Shown here: in pieces, positions 62,101-64,000 of the stretch
Layout of the letters: each line of letters begins with the position of its first letter
How positions within the stretch are numbered: position 1 is the stretch's first letter
Origin: Octopus bimaculoides
Taxonomy: Eukaryota
NCBI RefSeq assembly: GCF_001194135.2
Contig: NC_068984.1
Span: forward strand, 91,945,882-92,009,881
Direction of reading: 5' to 3'
Length of the DNA: 64,000 nucleotides
Translations under genes and position numbers: made by a program
Notes under the pieces: generated by a model
The model's database searches: none
The model's input: the letters and a program-made list of their open reading frames with translations, nothing else
What the model was told of the DNA's origin: nothing

Positions 62101-62894
62101 TGTTTCACCCCAATACCCACAGTTTATATAGTCACACAAACCCATACACAGACACAAAAACATGCACACAAAAAGAGACAGAGGTACAGACACAAATACA
62201 CACACACACACACACACACATGCAGACACACAGACACACAGACACACAGACACACACATACAATCACGCAAATATAAATACAAACACACACACATACAAA
62301 CGCACACACACACACACAAACGCGCACACACACACATGGATATGCAGAATATATACATACATACAGACGTGCATACATGCATGAGTATATATATGCATAC
62401 ACACATACATGCATACAATCACATACATATATACATACATACAAACATATGTGTATGCGCACGCACACTGAAGCACACGCACACTGATGCACACGCACAC
62501 TGATGCACACGCATGCACAAAAAAAAACGCAGTTCCGATAACGGACAGAATATATATATATATATATANNNNNNNNNNNNNNNNNNNNNNNNNNNNNNNN
62601 NNNNNNNNNNNNNNNNNNNNNNNNNNNNNNNNNNNNNNNNNNNNNNNNNNNNNNNNNNNNNNNNNNNNNNNNNNNNNNNNNNNNNNNNNNNNNNNNNNNN
62701 NNNNNNNNNNNNNNNNNNNNNNNNNNNNNNNNNNNNNNNNNNNNNNNNNNNNNNNNNNNNNNNNNNNNNNNNNNNNNNNNNNNNNNNNNNNNNNNNNNNN
62801 NNNNNNNNNNNNNNNNNNNNNNNNNNNNNNNNNNNNNNNNNNNNNNNNNNNNNNNNNNNNNNNNNNNNNNTATATATATATATATATATATATA

Positions 62895-62925
62895 TTAGCA
62901 GCTAAGCCCGGTTTCACCGGTCGGT
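62895..62925 (-). mobile_element. Possible Helitron 3' terminus
   Basis: Minus strand ccggtgaaaccgg hairpin then gcttagctgCTAA-t, abutting (TA)n. Confidence 0.35.
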
Positions 62926-63147
62926 TTGGATGATGTGGCTGTAAAACCTGCTCTGTGTAAGCATTCGACTTGTTTGGGCACGCTTACGTTAAAAAACAAT
63001 TTTAGAATGACTTTTTTTCTGTCAAAATGCTAAAAATAACTGACAGACAAAAAAAAAAATCGAATCAAGATTCAACCAAATCAAAAAATGGACCCAAATA
63101 CTAAGCGAACAAAGATGAACCATCCTACTTCCAATGTGCGCGCACGC

Positions 63148-63183
<36 letters not shown>

Positions 63184-63616
63184 TCACATACCTCCTTTTG
63201 CATAAAACACATATATTCACACAGAGTTGAAACGCTGTTTGATTTATTTTTTCAGCGTACAATTTTCATCATCCCACTACCAAATATGACATTACCCCTT
63301 CCTTCCTTATTCTTTTATCACCTCTTCCGTTCTCATTCATAAGCACAAGAGTATTATTATAGTATATTACCTCGGTAACCATGGGAGCTATGAAAAAATA
63401 CAAAGCCCAGCATTACTACCGAATCATTCTAAACATGTGTGTATTTTTTAGCACAATTCTACCCAGCCGTTTGACCGTGAATCCCAGGAAAAGAAAGAAT
63501 CACCCATGTCAAATTTATATGTATAGATATACTGTGAAAATAATAAGGGTAGAAAATTTAGAAATATTTTCATACGGATGGCTAGCATGCGCAATGAAGT
63601 CAATAGACAACATATT

Positions 63617-63960
63617 TTCATATATAATAATGTACAAACAGTTTTAAGTATTTATACACGAAAGAGGTGACCTTTGACAGGACACCTTACATGCTAGAAA
63701 GGGCAGTCAAAGCTCAAACCACAAATATAAGTAATTTCAAAGGGAGTGAAAATAGAAATACTTTTGTAGTTACTCTCAAACATTGATACAGAAACTCGTG
63801 TTTGAGGGTAACTACGAACATATTTTTATTTTCATTTCCTTTGAAATTGCTTTTATTCTTGGTTTGGGCTTTGGCTACCCTTTCTAGCATGTAAGGTGTC
63901 CTGTCAAAGGTCACCTTTTTCGTGTATAGATACTTGAAATTGTTGATACACTATTATATA

Positions 63961-63964
<4 letters not shown>
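63617..63964. repeat. Long palindrome with arms of about 166 bp and a 16-nt loop
   Basis: 63617-63782 pairs with 63799-63964; includes the perfect block ggtgacctttgacaggacaccttacatgctagaaaggg / ccctttctagcatgtaaggtgtcctgtcaaaggtcacc. Confidence 0.96.

Positions 63965-64000
<36 letters not shown>

Overview
AT-rich animal genomic DNA from a fragmented draft scaffold, with many N gaps that are mostly flanked by microsatellites. The SINE, LINE and microsatellite content strongly resembles octopus (cephalopod) DNA; this is an inference from remembered repeat sequences, not a database hit. I found no intact protein-coding gene, rRNA, CRISPR array or prokaryotic system, and most long ORFs in the supplied track are microsatellite or N-gap artefacts. 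The window is mostly decayed transposable elements: many R4/Dong-type RLE non-LTR retrotransposon fragments, two L1/Tx1-like LINEs, an RTE-like LINE, Penelope-like GIY-YIG remnants, mariner and maT-like elements, a Chapaev3-like element, hAT remnants, probable Helitron ends and several tRNA-derived SINE families. The only host-gene-like sequence is a two-exon tandem vWA-domain pseudogene at about 13.0-14.7 kb. The most interesting signals are: R4/Dong lineages with different microsatellite junctions ((TAA)n, (ACAT)n, (AC)n) stacked head-to-tail; a non-coding TAA-flanked retroposon fused to a Dong RT; several long foldback palindromes; and a tRNA-Asp-like sequence next to a SINE. Identity values were judged by eye.
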